A stretch of DNA of 64,000 nucleotides from Bacteroidia bacterium (GTDB taxonomy: Bacteria; Bacteroidota; Bacteroidia; CAILMK01; JBBDIG01), in contig JBBDIG010000051.1 in assembly GCA_040880525.1 (NCBI GenBank), positions 4,221 through 68,220 of the forward strand. Direction: 5' to 3'. The notes under the pieces were generated by a model. It made no database searches. It had not been told where the DNA came from and was given only the letters and a program-made list of their open reading frames with translations. Position numbers and translations under genes: made by a program. Of this stretch, positions 41,493 through 51,224 are shown piece by piece (the first letter of the stretch is position 1; each line of letters begins with the position of its first letter).

Positions 41493-42761
41493 ATGAAAAT
41501 CTTAACTTTTCTATTCAGCTTCATGGTCACCTCTTTACTCATACATGCACAATCCTATGATGTTCATGTGAGCGGCACAGTGACCGATTCGCTCAACCAA
41601 GCGGTTCAAAATGTGCAGGTGCACATCGAATTAGACCCAGCCTATGGCAGCTATACCAATACAGTGGCCACAGATGCCGGAGGTAATTATGCCGATACCA
41701 TACCCGTTACTGCCCAGCAAGGTGTACTTATCATTTGGATTACTGACTGCCATGGCGACTCGGTTCCAGGTAGAGGGGTATTTAGCAGCAATGCCAATTA
41801 TGTGGTTTCTGACTTCAACTATTGTAAACCCAAGAGTTCAGGTGGCGGAGGAAACAACATTTTCTCGGTTGAAGGTTTTATTAGTGCCGCAGGAGCTGCA
41901 ATCACGGATGGCATGGCTTACCTTATAACACAAGACAGCAGCCAGTCAAATCCATATCTTACTGTGGTTGATTCTATAGAAGTAAGACAAGGCTACTATT
42001 TCTTCCATGATTTAGACAGCGGAGAAACTTACTACCTAAAGGCGGCTTTGCTTCCTTCCTCCCCTAATCAATCATCCTATTTACCGACATACTACAGATC
42101 ATCTGTACTTTGGGCGAATGCCGATTCGGTAGTGGTAACCGGTAACCTCAAAAATCTTGACATCAGTTTAGTTTCCGGGAATAATCCGGGCGGTCCTGGC
42201 TTTATCGGAGGTTATGTTTCACAAGGCGCCAATAAAAGAAATGGCCCGGGTGACCCTGTAAAAAATACAATGGTTATCCTGATGACGGATGATGATGAGC
42301 CAGTTGCATACATTCATACGGATGAAGATGGCAAATATGGTTTCAACAACCTGGCATTGGGCGGCTATAAACTGTATGTAGATATTCCGGGGAAAATTTG
42401 TGTTCCGCAGGAAGTATTGCTTGATAGTGAGAACAACAGCGTGAATGATATCGGGTTTGTAGTGAATAAAACTTCCATTACCACCGGGATTATGAGCTAC
42501 AAGTATGAATTTAAAGGGATGTATCCCAATCCGGTAAAAGATAAGCTGTTCATGCAGTTCAATCTTGGCGAAAACAGAGAATTTATTATCTGGCTAACTT
42601 CACTGAATGGCAAAATGTTGCATAATCATGAAGTGTCTGCAACTAAAGGGAATTTTGATTATATCCTGGACATGACAACTTATCCACAAGGTATCTATCT
42701 TCTCAGGATAGCTTCAGCCAATGGAGAATATACTATTCAGAGAAAGGTGTTAAAGTATTGA
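41493..42761 (+). CDS. T9SS C-terminal-sorting-domain secreted protein with repeated carboxypeptidase-regulatory-like beta-sandwich domains. The ORF track start is 41436.
   Basis: Signal peptide MKILTFLFSFMVTSLLIHAQ. The C-terminal ~80 aa (...GMYPNPVKDKLFMQFNLGENREF...GIYLLRIASANGEYTIQRKVLK) is a T9SS type A sorting domain. Confidence 0.75.
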   Translation: MKILTFLFSFMVTSLLIHAQSYDVHVSGTVTDSLNQAVQNVQVHIELDPAYGSYTNTVATDAGGNYADTIPVTAQQGVLIIWITDCHGDSVPGRGVFSSNANYVVSDFNYCKPKSSGGGGNNIFSVEGFISAAGAAITDGMAYLITQDSSQSNPYLTVVDSIEVRQGYYFFHDLDSGETYYLKAALLPSSPNQSSYLPTYYRSSVLWANADSVVVTGNLKNLDISLVSGNNPGGPGFIGGYVSQGANKRNGPGDPVKNTMVILMTDDDEPVAYIHTDEDGKYGFNNLALGGYKLYVDIPGKICVPQEVLLDSENNSVNDIGFVVNKTSITTGIMSYKYEFKGMYPNPVKDKLFMQFNLGENREFIIWLTSLNGKMLHNHEVSATKGNFDYILDMTTYPQGIYLLRIASANGEYTIQRKVLKY

Positions 42762-42827
42762 TCACAAGTAAAAAAATCAAGCCGGGCATTATATATATAT
42801 GAATGCCCGGCATTTTTACAGTTCTAA

Positions 42828-43397
42828 ATGAGTATATCGAAAGAGCTATTGATCCGATGCAGAAAAAAGGAGAAAAAAGCGCAATTTGAGCTTTACCAGG
42901 ATTGTTATGAATTTCTGATGCGGATTTGCCTGCGCTATGAAAAAAATGAAGATGATGCCCATGCTGTGCTAAACCTCGCTTTTCTGAAGATATTAAATAG
43001 TTTGAAGCATCATAATCAGAAAATACCTTTTGAAATTTGGTGTAAAAGGATCACAATAAATACGATTATTGACGAATTCAGGAAAAACAAAAAGTACAAG
43101 GAATATATGCAGTTTGGTGAACTTGACGAAAACGGGGAATTGGAAGGAAATGTTTTGAGCGAAGCAGAAAACAACCTGACAGCCGAAGATATTGAAAAAA
43201 TGTTGCAAGCATTACCTGCCATGAATAGGAAAATATTTAACCTGCATGTAATTGACGGATATACACATAAGGAAATCGGACAGATGATGAATATCTCTGA
43301 TGGGACTTCAAAATGGCACGTGAGCAATGCAAGAAGTAAACTTCAGCAGGTATTAAGGCAAAGTTTCATGATGATGATAAATGCAATTACGCTATGA
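42828..43397 (+). CDS. ECF-subfamily RNA polymerase sigma-70 factor.
   Basis: The sigma-2 region (...WCKRITINTIIDEFRK) and sigma-4 region (...HKEIGQMMNISDGTSKWHVSNARSKL). Confidence 0.8.
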   Translation: MSISKELLIRCRKKEKKAQFELYQDCYEFLMRICLRYEKNEDDAHAVLNLAFLKILNSLKHHNQKIPFEIWCKRITINTIIDEFRKNKKYKEYMQFGELDENGELEGNVLSEAENNLTAEDIEKMLQALPAMNRKIFNLHVIDGYTHKEIGQMMNISDGTSKWHVSNARSKLQQVLRQSFMMMINAITL

Positions 43398-44587
43398 AAA
43401 ATAAAAATATAGACGAGTTAATCAGGAGGAAACTCGGTCAAAGACAGGTCATTTTCAATGAGCATGCCTGGCAGGATGCGGAAAAGCTGATCAACAAGAG
43501 CAAGCGAAAGCGCTTCATCATGTGGCTGTTTTGGTTACCCTTAGCCGTGATGTTTACAGCGGGTGTAATGTATTTCAGCCCGGGAACTAATGATAAAGAA
43601 AAAGAAGGTGGTTCAGGAATAGTTGAATATCGGGAAACTAATGGTAAGAAATTCTTAACTCCCAGTCCCGTTAAAATTAAAATTAAAGATAAACCTGGAA
43701 CTTCTCAGGGCAAAGCAAATGGCGTTGTCCGTAAACCGGAAATGAAAAATCCGGCTCAAAAGTATTCGAGGTATGATGAATTATCCGGGCATAAAACCTC
43801 CTCACGGCATAGTGTAGCAACAGGGATTACGGGCATGGCACTTCAGAGGCTACACTTATTGATGCCAAGTGAATTACAGGCCCTGGAAACCATATCTGCA
43901 GAAGAAGCCACGTTTCTGGGATTAATTGAAAGCATTGAAATGGTTAATCCTAATTTGCCTGCCAAAACATTCCGCCCAGTTGAAATTGGAATTACAGGTG
44001 GCTTCCATGTAATAAGGGGATTTGAAAATGGAGGTAATAGAGCTATAACCTCTGCTGCGAATCCTATTGTAGGTATTTATTTTGGCCGTCTGATCAATTA
44101 CTTTCTCTCAATCAATACAGAATTAAATTATACATCACGGGCCGGCTTAAATGCCGATACAACCATGCAGGGAAAGCATTATAGCTTTGGCCTTCATCAG
44201 GAAGAGATTAGTGTGGATATCAAACGCCTGCACTACCTGGAGCTTCCAGTATATGCTGAACTGAGGACCGGAGGCAGATATTCTGTTCTTGCCGGAATGC
44301 AGGGTACTTATCTCCTGAACACTTCAGGGAATGTGGAACGAAAAGTATCTTACGCAACTGAACCGACACAACAGTCAATTGAACCTGCTTGGGGTTATAC
44401 CAAAGGCTTCAATAATTATGACCTGCAATTAACGATTGGGTGCAAGATGATCATGAATGAGCGGGCAAGCATACTGTTACGAAGTCATTATGGCTTGTTG
44501 GATATAACCTCTGATGGCCATTTTAACAATACTTCAGTGGACAGGAACCTGGGATTAAAGTTTCTATTCCGTTACAGGTTCTATTAA
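43394..44587 (+). CDS. Sigma-factor-associated membrane protein: a short cytoplasmic N-terminus and one TM helix, then a C-terminal outer-membrane beta-barrel-like domain (PorT/OMP_b-brl family). A putative anti-sigma partner.
   Basis: ATGA overlap with the sigma gene. N-terminus MKNKNIDELIRRKL...RFIMWLFWLPLAVMFTAG is TM. The C-terminus alternates hydrophobic residues and ends ...LGLKFLFRYRFY with a terminal aromatic. Confidence 0.55.
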   Translation: MKNKNIDELIRRKLGQRQVIFNEHAWQDAEKLINKSKRKRFIMWLFWLPLAVMFTAGVMYFSPGTNDKEKEGGSGIVEYRETNGKKFLTPSPVKIKIKDKPGTSQGKANGVVRKPEMKNPAQKYSRYDELSGHKTSSRHSVATGITGMALQRLHLLMPSELQALETISAEEATFLGLIESIEMVNPNLPAKTFRPVEIGITGGFHVIRGFENGGNRAITSAANPIVGIYFGRLINYFLSINTELNYTSRAGLNADTTMQGKHYSFGLHQEEISVDIKRLHYLELPVYAELRTGGRYSVLAGMQGTYLLNTSGNVERKVSYATEPTQQSIEPAWGYTKGFNNYDLQLTIGCKMIMNERASILLRSHYGLLDITSDGHFNNTSVDRNLGLKFLFRYRFY

Positions 44588-45684
44588 TGACTTCGAATAT
44601 GAAAATATATTCTTTTGTATTACTTTTAATCGCATTACTATCAGGTTGTCGGGAAAATGACCTTCCACAGCCACAGAATGGTGATCCGGTATTTTTCGTG
44701 AAAGGAATGATTAACGGGAACCAAATGGAAATTACTGCTGGTGAACACGATTATTATATGTTCACCTCCCATGGCCGCGACACACATCAAGTGATTTCCT
44801 TCACAGGGGAGTTCAGGAAGCTGAACTGCTCTAGCAACTGTCCCGGGACATTAACTATTACCATTCGTGACAAACAAGCTGGGGGGCTCCTGGATATTGA
44901 ACAGGCTCTTGCTCCGGGTGATTATCCCTTCCGGAGTCCGCTCCCTTCTTATGTTGTGCAGTTCATGGCAGATACTCTCAAAATGGGCCAGGGTTATTAT
45001 AACTGGGATTTTGGTGACAATACCTTTTCCCAAGAAGCAAGTCCTCTACATGTATTTAATATTGTTGATCCTCAACGGCAAGTTTTTCCTGTTACTCTTA
45101 CCATAACCAATAGCGTGGGGTGTATTAGTTCAATTACGAATATTATTGATTTCGCGAATAGAAATTGCCATACCTATTTTGATCATGACCCACCCAATAG
45201 CTCCATTGTGTCGTTTTTTTCATACCCAACCGGGAGTGACCCTGTGAGGCATGTCTGGTCAGTTGGTGGAACTGTTTTTTCCAACGATCCAAATCCGGTT
45301 CATGATTTCAGGCAGCCTGGGGTATATGAAGTTACACTTGAGGTAATGGATTCTATCAACTGCCTTTCAACGTATAGCCGTAATGTAAATGTTCTTACGC
45401 AAAACTGCGCGGCTAATTTTACTTACACACTGCTTAACGCCCCTGATTTTTCAAAGGTAACAATCACCTGGATTGACGAAAACGGGAAAATTTATTCATC
45501 TGGGATAAGGGCACAGCCGGCTCAGAGTTATTTCAGGGTATTGAATTCAGAAAAATATGAAATAAACGAAAATCAACAACCAACCATGAAACTCAGTGTG
45601 CAGTTTGATGGCTGGTTATATTCTGATACAGACTCTATTAAGTTTGAGGATTTCAGTGGAGAAATTGGAGTAGCCTATCCCTGA
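44587..45684 (+). CDS. Lipoprotein with PKD-like domains.
   Basis: Lipobox LLSGC, plus two NWDFGDNTF / WSVGGTVFSNDPNP PKD-type motifs. Confidence 0.6.
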   Translation: MTSNMKIYSFVLLLIALLSGCRENDLPQPQNGDPVFFVKGMINGNQMEITAGEHDYYMFTSHGRDTHQVISFTGEFRKLNCSSNCPGTLTITIRDKQAGGLLDIEQALAPGDYPFRSPLPSYVVQFMADTLKMGQGYYNWDFGDNTFSQEASPLHVFNIVDPQRQVFPVTLTITNSVGCISSITNIIDFANRNCHTYFDHDPPNSSIVSFFSYPTGSDPVRHVWSVGGTVFSNDPNPVHDFRQPGVYEVTLEVMDSINCLSTYSRNVNVLTQNCAANFTYTLLNAPDFSKVTITWIDENGKIYSSGIRAQPAQSYFRVLNSEKYEINENQQPTMKLSVQFDGWLYSDTDSIKFEDFSGEIGVAYP

Positions 45685-45717
45685 AGCGCTTTAATCTCTC
45701 ACGGAACCCTATGCACT

Positions 45718-46383
45718 ATGAAACAGAAGAGAAAGATACTATTACTTGGCGCAACCGGAAGAACTGGAAAACTAGTCTTAAAAAAAGCAGTTGAAAGCGG
45801 CTATGCAGTAAACTGCCTTTCACGGAACTCCGATCGAATTGAAAAACAAAATGGATTAACCTTGTTTGAAGGAAATCCGAACCATAAACCGGACTTAGAA
45901 AAAGCTATTTCAGACTGCAACGCAGTAATCAGCGTTTTGAATATCTCAAGAAGATCTGATTTTCCCTGGGCGAAATTAAAAACACCTGGAAATTATCTGT
46001 CAGATGTAATGAAACTTTTGGTTTCAATCGCGGAAAAAAAGAATATTAACCGACTGGCTGTAGTTTCAGCTTGGGGAGCTTCTGAAACTAATAATGATAT
46101 TCCAAAATGGTTTAAATGGTTCATTAAAAATAGTAATATCGGAATTACATATGAAGATCACGAGAGACAAGAAAAATTAGTTACAGAATCAAAATTGGCC
46201 TGGACTATTATTCGACCTGTTGGACTGACAAATTCAATGAGGGAGGAAAATATTAAAGAAACCATTGACAATAAGCCTAAACCAAGTCTGACTATAAGCC
46301 GACAAAGTGTAGCTCAGTATCTTGTGGGCTGTTTAAATGAAACCGAACTGATCAGAAAAAAAATTGTAATATCCAAGAAATAA
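45718..46383 (+). CDS. NAD(P)H-binding protein (NmrA/atypical SDR-like).
   Basis: ILLLGATGRTGKLVLKKAVESGYAV is a Rossmann GxxGxxG. Confidence 0.65.
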   Translation: MKQKRKILLLGATGRTGKLVLKKAVESGYAVNCLSRNSDRIEKQNGLTLFEGNPNHKPDLEKAISDCNAVISVLNISRRSDFPWAKLKTPGNYLSDVMKLLVSIAEKKNINRLAVVSAWGASETNNDIPKWFKWFIKNSNIGITYEDHERQEKLVTESKLAWTIIRPVGLTNSMREENIKETIDNKPKPSLTISRQSVAQYLVGCLNETELIRKKIVISKK

Positions 46384-46419
46384 GAATAGAATGCCTGCCA
46401 TTCTTTACCCGGTATACAT

Positions 46420-47892
46420 TTAATATAACCTGTATTCAATGCCCAAACCAATACCGTAGAAATCAGGACGTTGGTTATACCGTTGCATCATCGAGTTGAT
46501 CGCCCTGTTGTAGCGCAGGCGGGCATTTATTCCTAAGTTGGGAGTTGGGCTGTATTTAACGCCCAAAGACAAGCCGGAGTGTATGAGGGTGTTGGTAAAA
46601 TACTTTTTGCCGGAATTTTCGGTCTGCATTCCGTTTCTTTCATTGTCAACGATATTCCATTGGGTGCTGTATTCGCCCTGGGTTTTGAGCAAAAAGGAAA
46701 GGCTAATTCCGACTTCGGTGAAATATTGCCAGGAGCCGTGACCCACTTCGTAGCGAAAGGCCAGGGGCAAGGTAAAGTATTGGAACTTTACTTTACAATT
46801 TGGGCAATAAGCAGTATCGGTGGTGGTGTGAGAGGTGGTGTCTATCCTGGTACCAATTAAAGCCACATAAGAACTATCCGGCCGTTGTTTGTAATTCCGT
46901 GAAACCATGAATAAACTGGTGTCAAAGGTATAGTGGTTTAATTGGCTCGTATAATTGGTGATTTCGCTCCATTGCATGATGCCTAAACCTAAAAGCAAAC
47001 CCAATCTTTTTTTCTGCAGGCGCAAATCCAATCCGTAGTTGATGTACGGCTGGGTTTCCTCCCGGGAAGATTTCCAGTCGGCCACGGTTTCATCACCTCG
47101 GTGCCGAATTAAACCATAATTAAAAAATGGTGCTGCATAAATATTAACGTAGGGAGACTTATGTTTTGGCTTGGTGGATGGACGCAGGGTAATTCTTTCG
47201 GCAATTTCCTTTTGTGCCACTACCGGAAACACTAATCCAATGGTAGGCATCGGAACTAAGGGTAAGCCTGCCGTGGTGGATGAGCCTGCAAGGGCTTCAT
47301 TTGGCTTCTCCGAATTTTGACCAAATTCATTTATTTCTACTGTAGCAGTTTGGTCACCCTCAACTTGCCGAACATCATTTCCTTGTGTCGGTGCGGTTTG
47401 ATCATCCTCAACATGGGGAACATCATTTACTTGTACTGCGGCAGTTCGACCGTCTTCATCCTGGCGGACATCATTTTTCTGTACCGTGACAGTTTGATCG
47501 TCATCAACCTGAGGAACTTCAGTTTTAATAAGGTCTTTTCCGGAAGGCGTGAGTTCGGGTGTTGATGTATTTTGTTTATGAGATGGCTTTGTGATTTCTA
47601 TATCCGTTGTTATTTGCTTTTCATGCTCTGGTTTTTCCGTTTGGGAAATATTTGGTTTTTGTGAGTTATGGGTTGTCTGTTTCTCCATTTTTCCGGTTGT
47701 GAAGTAAACTACCGGAACGAGCAGGAGGAGCAGAGCAGCTATCAAGCCTGCTGCTTTAGCAGTTTTGAAGGATCTCCGTTTCTTTTTATTCAACAAAGCA
47801 TCCATCTGCTCCCAATATTCGGAAGTATATTTTAAACCTGCTCCGTCCAATTTATCGCGGAACAGTTCATCTATGGAATTCTTCTCGCTCAT
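46420..47892 (-). CDS. Paralogous sigma-associated membrane protein with an internal 15-aa tandem-repeat region and a C-terminal OM beta-barrel-like domain.
   Basis: N-terminus MSEKNSIDELFRDKL...SFKTAKAAGLIAALLLLLVPVVYF (TM). Repeats read DDQTVTVQKNDVRQDEDG / RTAAVQVNDVPHVEDDQ / TAPTQGNDVRQVEGDQ / TATVEINEFGQ. The C-terminus ends ...GIGLGIEYRLY. Confidence 0.55.
   Translation of the reverse strand: MSEKNSIDELFRDKLDGAGLKYTSEYWEQMDALLNKKKRRSFKTAKAAGLIAALLLLLVPVVYFTTGKMEKQTTHNSQKPNISQTEKPEHEKQITTDIEITKPSHKQNTSTPELTPSGKDLIKTEVPQVDDDQTVTVQKNDVRQDEDGRTAAVQVNDVPHVEDDQTAPTQGNDVRQVEGDQTATVEINEFGQNSEKPNEALAGSSTTAGLPLVPMPTIGLVFPVVAQKEIAERITLRPSTKPKHKSPYVNIYAAPFFNYGLIRHRGDETVADWKSSREETQPYINYGLDLRLQKKRLGLLLGLGIMQWSEITNYTSQLNHYTFDTSLFMVSRNYKQRPDSSYVALIGTRIDTTSHTTTDTAYCPNCKVKFQYFTLPLAFRYEVGHGSWQYFTEVGISLSFLLKTQGEYSTQWNIVDNERNGMQTENSGKKYFTNTLIHSGLSLGVKYSPTPNLGINARLRYNRAINSMMQRYNQRPDFYGIGLGIEYRLY
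47317..47565. repeat. Four or more tandem copies of a 45-48-nt repeat inside the 46420-47892 gene (coding 15-16-aa repeats).
   Basis: Units such as tgtagcagtttggtcaccctcaacttgccgaacatcatttccttg and tactgcggcagttcgaccgtcttcatcctggcggacatcatttttctg. Confidence 0.7.
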
Positions 47893-48466
47893 TTGTTGTC
47901 TTTATTGTTTTTTTTTGATTCTGTAAAGTCTTGTTCAACATTGCCCCCAAACGTTGACGTGCTTCATTTACATGCCATTTACTAGTACCTTCCGATATAT
48001 TCAGTGATTTGGCAATTTCTGCATGTTTATAACCCTCAATAGCAAAGAGATTAAAAACAGTCCGGGTCACATAAGGTAATTGACCGAGCATTGAACGGAG
48101 TTCCATTTCAGAATAATGATACTCCGCAAGATTATAAGTTACTGATTTCGGTGAGGTATTTTCGTCAATCGCGACATTTTGAATTTGCTTCACGGATTTC
48201 CGAAATTCATCAATCAAGTGATTTACTAGTATATTCCTTATCCAGGTGGCCAGCGAATACTTGTCGTTATATTTTGAAATATTCTGAAGCACTTTTAAAA
48301 ATCCATAATTTATCGCTGCCAGAATTTCATCCTCCGATTTACAGTACCGCATGGCTACATTGCTCATCATAAGGAAGTACCGCTTGTATAGTTCACTTTG
48401 GCATCTCCTGTCGTTTTTGATGCATCCTGCTATAAGTTCTTTTTCTGTCACCTTAAAAAAGGACAA
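47867..48466 (-). CDS. ECF-subfamily sigma-70 factor, a paralogue of the 42828 gene.
   Basis: ...HAEIAKSLNISEGTSKWHVNEARQRLG parallels ...ISDGTSKWHVSNARSKLQ of the other copy. Confidence 0.8.
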   Translation of the reverse strand: MSFFKVTEKELIAGCIKNDRRCQSELYKRYFLMMSNVAMRYCKSEDEILAAINYGFLKVLQNISKYNDKYSLATWIRNILVNHLIDEFRKSVKQIQNVAIDENTSPKSVTYNLAEYHYSEMELRSMLGQLPYVTRTVFNLFAIEGYKHAEIAKSLNISEGTSKWHVNEARQRLGAMLNKTLQNQKKTIKTTNEREEFHR

Positions 48467-48519
48467 GGTATAGACCTTGTCCTTTGATTTAAAATTAACT
48501 TCTTATATGCGATATGAGT

Positions 48520-50223
48520 TTATTTGTTGATCACAATTTTTTTCGTGAAATTGTCACTTCCCATTTGAAATTGTAACAGATAAACTCCGTTCGGCAAGTT
48601 AGACAAATTCATTGAGTTGGTTTGGCCGGTAAATGTTTCCATCGTTGATCCGTATACCTGTCTGCCCGTCAAATCCATAACAGACACCTCCATCCGGCCC
48701 TTTTCCTGAGTCTCAATATTTATCGTGCCGTTGGAAGGATTTGGAAAAATACTGATGGCATTTTGCAGGTTCAGCTCATCTATGCTGGTTACATCGGATT
48801 CATCAATCACGATTATCCTGAATGCATTCCTCTTTAAAAGATTGCCTGCACTGTCAATTCCGATGCTATCACAGTAGATGCTGCTGCAGCTTTCCGCTGA
48901 ATCATAAAGTGTAAGGCACAGGTTGTACTTGCCAAAAGAAGCGTAATCATGTGTTGGATATTTTTGATTTGATGTTGACCCATCACCGAAATCCCAATGA
49001 AAAGAAGTATTGGAAGTTATTCCCGTGCTGTTGTGAATGACGTAGAGTGAATAAATATCACTGGTGTCAACAGCCAGGTAGTATGAGGCATTGCAGGTTG
49101 AAACGAAGGGATCTTCATCACAGGTAGTATCCTGGGCATTCAGAAATCCGGAGAAGTCCACACGGCCAAATATGTTGATGTCGTCTGAATAGTCCTTAAT
49201 ATAGGTTTCGATGGTTGCAGAGTCAGTGCTGCCCCAGTAATTTTCTGTCATATCTACTGGCTCGGAAGAGGCAGGGTTGGGATTATAACCGTTGATAGTT
49301 ACCTTCTCATTGGTGCCACTATTTTTAAGGAAATTATTGTTGTTAAAGCGTGAATTATTCAAATTAAACAACTTGTAAACTGTTAACATACCGTCACCTG
49401 TAAGGGTACTCCCATTGCTGTCAAGGGTATTGTGTATAAATATGCAACTGTTTATTGTGTCTTTAGCATACAGTTGTATTTCAACTCCCGACCTCAGATT
49501 TTTGAAAAGGTTGCAACTGATGTTGGAGCCAACAGCTTTAATGGAAACCCTGTTTTGGCCGTTTATGGTGTTACGGACCATATAAAGAGAATTATTGGTT
49601 AGGAAGAATCCTCCGCCTTTGTTAAAGTTATTAAAGGTGTTTCCGATAATAACAGCATCAATGTATGTGCTGCTTGCATAAATGGGGTAAGATGTTCCTG
49701 TACTGTCATTAAAAGTGCAATTGATCACTTCTAATCGTATAGCAGACCCTGATGCCATGGCATAAACGGCATAATAAATATCCGTGAAAAGGCAGTTTTC
49801 AATTCTTACCCCTGTGCTATTAGCATAAATTCCCCGCTTACCTATACCTGGAGTTATAAACGAGCAATAGCTAAATAATGCTCCAGTTCCGTTCGAGCTG
49901 TCATAAGACCAGGCATCTTTATTTAACTCAATTTGTAAATTTTCAAAATGAACAGTCGAATCATGGGTGCCCAGGGCTTGTAATTCTCCCCCAACCAGCA
50001 AAGTGTAAACAGTGCTTTGTGACAACACCTCCGTACCAGGCAGAATTTTTACCGAAACACCCGTATCAATGTAGGTGTTTTGGCTAATCACATAGGGACT
50101 GCCTGAAATGTCCCAAACCTGATTTGTCTGGATAAGAGCGGGTACATTGGTTTGGCCCCAAATCTTATCTGGCCCGGCTATAAGTAAGATTGCCATCAGA
50201 AGAATTGTAAATACTTTTTTCAT
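48520..50223 (-). CDS. T9SS-sorted secreted protein with a right-handed parallel beta-helix region and a PKD-like domain.
   Basis: Signal peptide. Asn/Gly-rich beta-helix repeats (NCTFNDSTGTS..., IIGNTFNNFNKGGG...). FHWDFGDGSTSNQKYPTHDY is a PKD motif. C-terminal T9SS domain ...NGVYLLQFQMGSDNFTKKIVINK. Confidence 0.7.
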   Translation of the reverse strand: MKKVFTILLMAILLIAGPDKIWGQTNVPALIQTNQVWDISGSPYVISQNTYIDTGVSVKILPGTEVLSQSTVYTLLVGGELQALGTHDSTVHFENLQIELNKDAWSYDSSNGTGALFSYCSFITPGIGKRGIYANSTGVRIENCLFTDIYYAVYAMASGSAIRLEVINCTFNDSTGTSYPIYASSTYIDAVIIGNTFNNFNKGGGFFLTNNSLYMVRNTINGQNRVSIKAVGSNISCNLFKNLRSGVEIQLYAKDTINSCIFIHNTLDSNGSTLTGDGMLTVYKLFNLNNSRFNNNNFLKNSGTNEKVTINGYNPNPASSEPVDMTENYWGSTDSATIETYIKDYSDDINIFGRVDFSGFLNAQDTTCDEDPFVSTCNASYYLAVDTSDIYSLYVIHNSTGITSNTSFHWDFGDGSTSNQKYPTHDYASFGKYNLCLTLYDSAESCSSIYCDSIGIDSAGNLLKRNAFRIIVIDESDVTSIDELNLQNAISIFPNPSNGTINIETQEKGRMEVSVMDLTGRQVYGSTMETFTGQTNSMNLSNLPNGVYLLQFQMGSDNFTKKIVINK

Positions 50224-50606
50224 AATATAGATTTTGTTTTGTTACTCCTATATACGAAAGGTTGGAGCAATGGTTGGGTAGGGTTTTTTTTACGGTGGTG
50301 AAAAATTTCCGGCAGGTGAAAAGCTGCATCAAATCACAACTCCTGTATCCGGGCATCAGGATACCCCAGCAGTTCGACAACCAGAATTGGTTTATTGCAT
50401 TCTGCTGCTGGGTGCAAAGGCTGCCGCATCCGGTAGCAGGAAACAGCGCTGCCAGATGCCGGTCAAATCCGGTGATTATGAATGGGAATAAAATAATACC
50501 CCCAGTGTTTATTAGTCCCACCTGAAGTAGCAGGACTTACCCACAAGTCCAAGAATCAATCAACCCGGATACAAAGTTAGAACATTTGTTCTAACTTTGT
50601 GCTGGC

Positions 50607-51224
50607 ATGACTACCAAAGATAAGATCGTAAAAGCGACTATAAAGCTATTCAACCAGCACGGGCTGACTACTGTAACGCTTCGCCAGATTGCAGTCGAGA
50701 TAGGTATCAGTCATGGCAATCTGGCTTATCATTACAGCAATAAAGGAGTCATCTTGGGTGAGATCTATACCCGAATGGATGAAGAAATGGCTACTACCGT
50801 TTACCCCTCAAAAGAAAAGATCGACCTTTTTCATTTCAACAACCTGTTCATGCGCATCAGCAATTTTCAGAAGAAATACCGCTTCTTTTACATGGACATC
50901 CTGGAAATCTCCCGTCACCACCCTGAGATCATCCAACGGTACAGGCACACCATAAAAATTAGGAGGGATCAATTCAAGTTGCTATTTAATACCCTTATAG
51001 AAATGGAACTGCTCAAGCCAGAACCGGAACCTGGTTACTACAAAACACTGGTGCATGGAATATGGGTAATGTCCACTTTCTGGCTGCAGCAAACAAAAAT
51101 ATTAGGTGAGCACCATCCTTCAATTGACTCGAACAGTGAGGTAGTGCATGTGTGGAAAATAATGTTGCCTCATCTTACAGAGAAAGGCCTTGAGCAATAC
51201 AGAACAATAGAACATGAATACTGA
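50607..51224 (+). CDS. TetR/AcrR-family transcriptional regulator.
   Basis: N-terminal HTH: KIVKATIKLFNQHGLTTVTLRQIAVEIGISHGNLAYHY. Confidence 0.75.
   Translation: MTTKDKIVKATIKLFNQHGLTTVTLRQIAVEIGISHGNLAYHYSNKGVILGEIYTRMDEEMATTVYPSKEKIDLFHFNNLFMRISNFQKKYRFFYMDILEISRHHPEIIQRYRHTIKIRRDQFKLLFNTLIEMELLKPEPEPGYYKTLVHGIWVMSTFWLQQTKILGEHHPSIDSNSEVVHVWKIMLPHLTEKGLEQYRTIEHEY

Noticed and set aside
47317-47565. 82-aa plus-strand ORF.
   Set aside because: Generated by the 45-nt tandem repeat array inside the minus-strand gene 46420-47892. The minus frame is continuous with the flanking protein.
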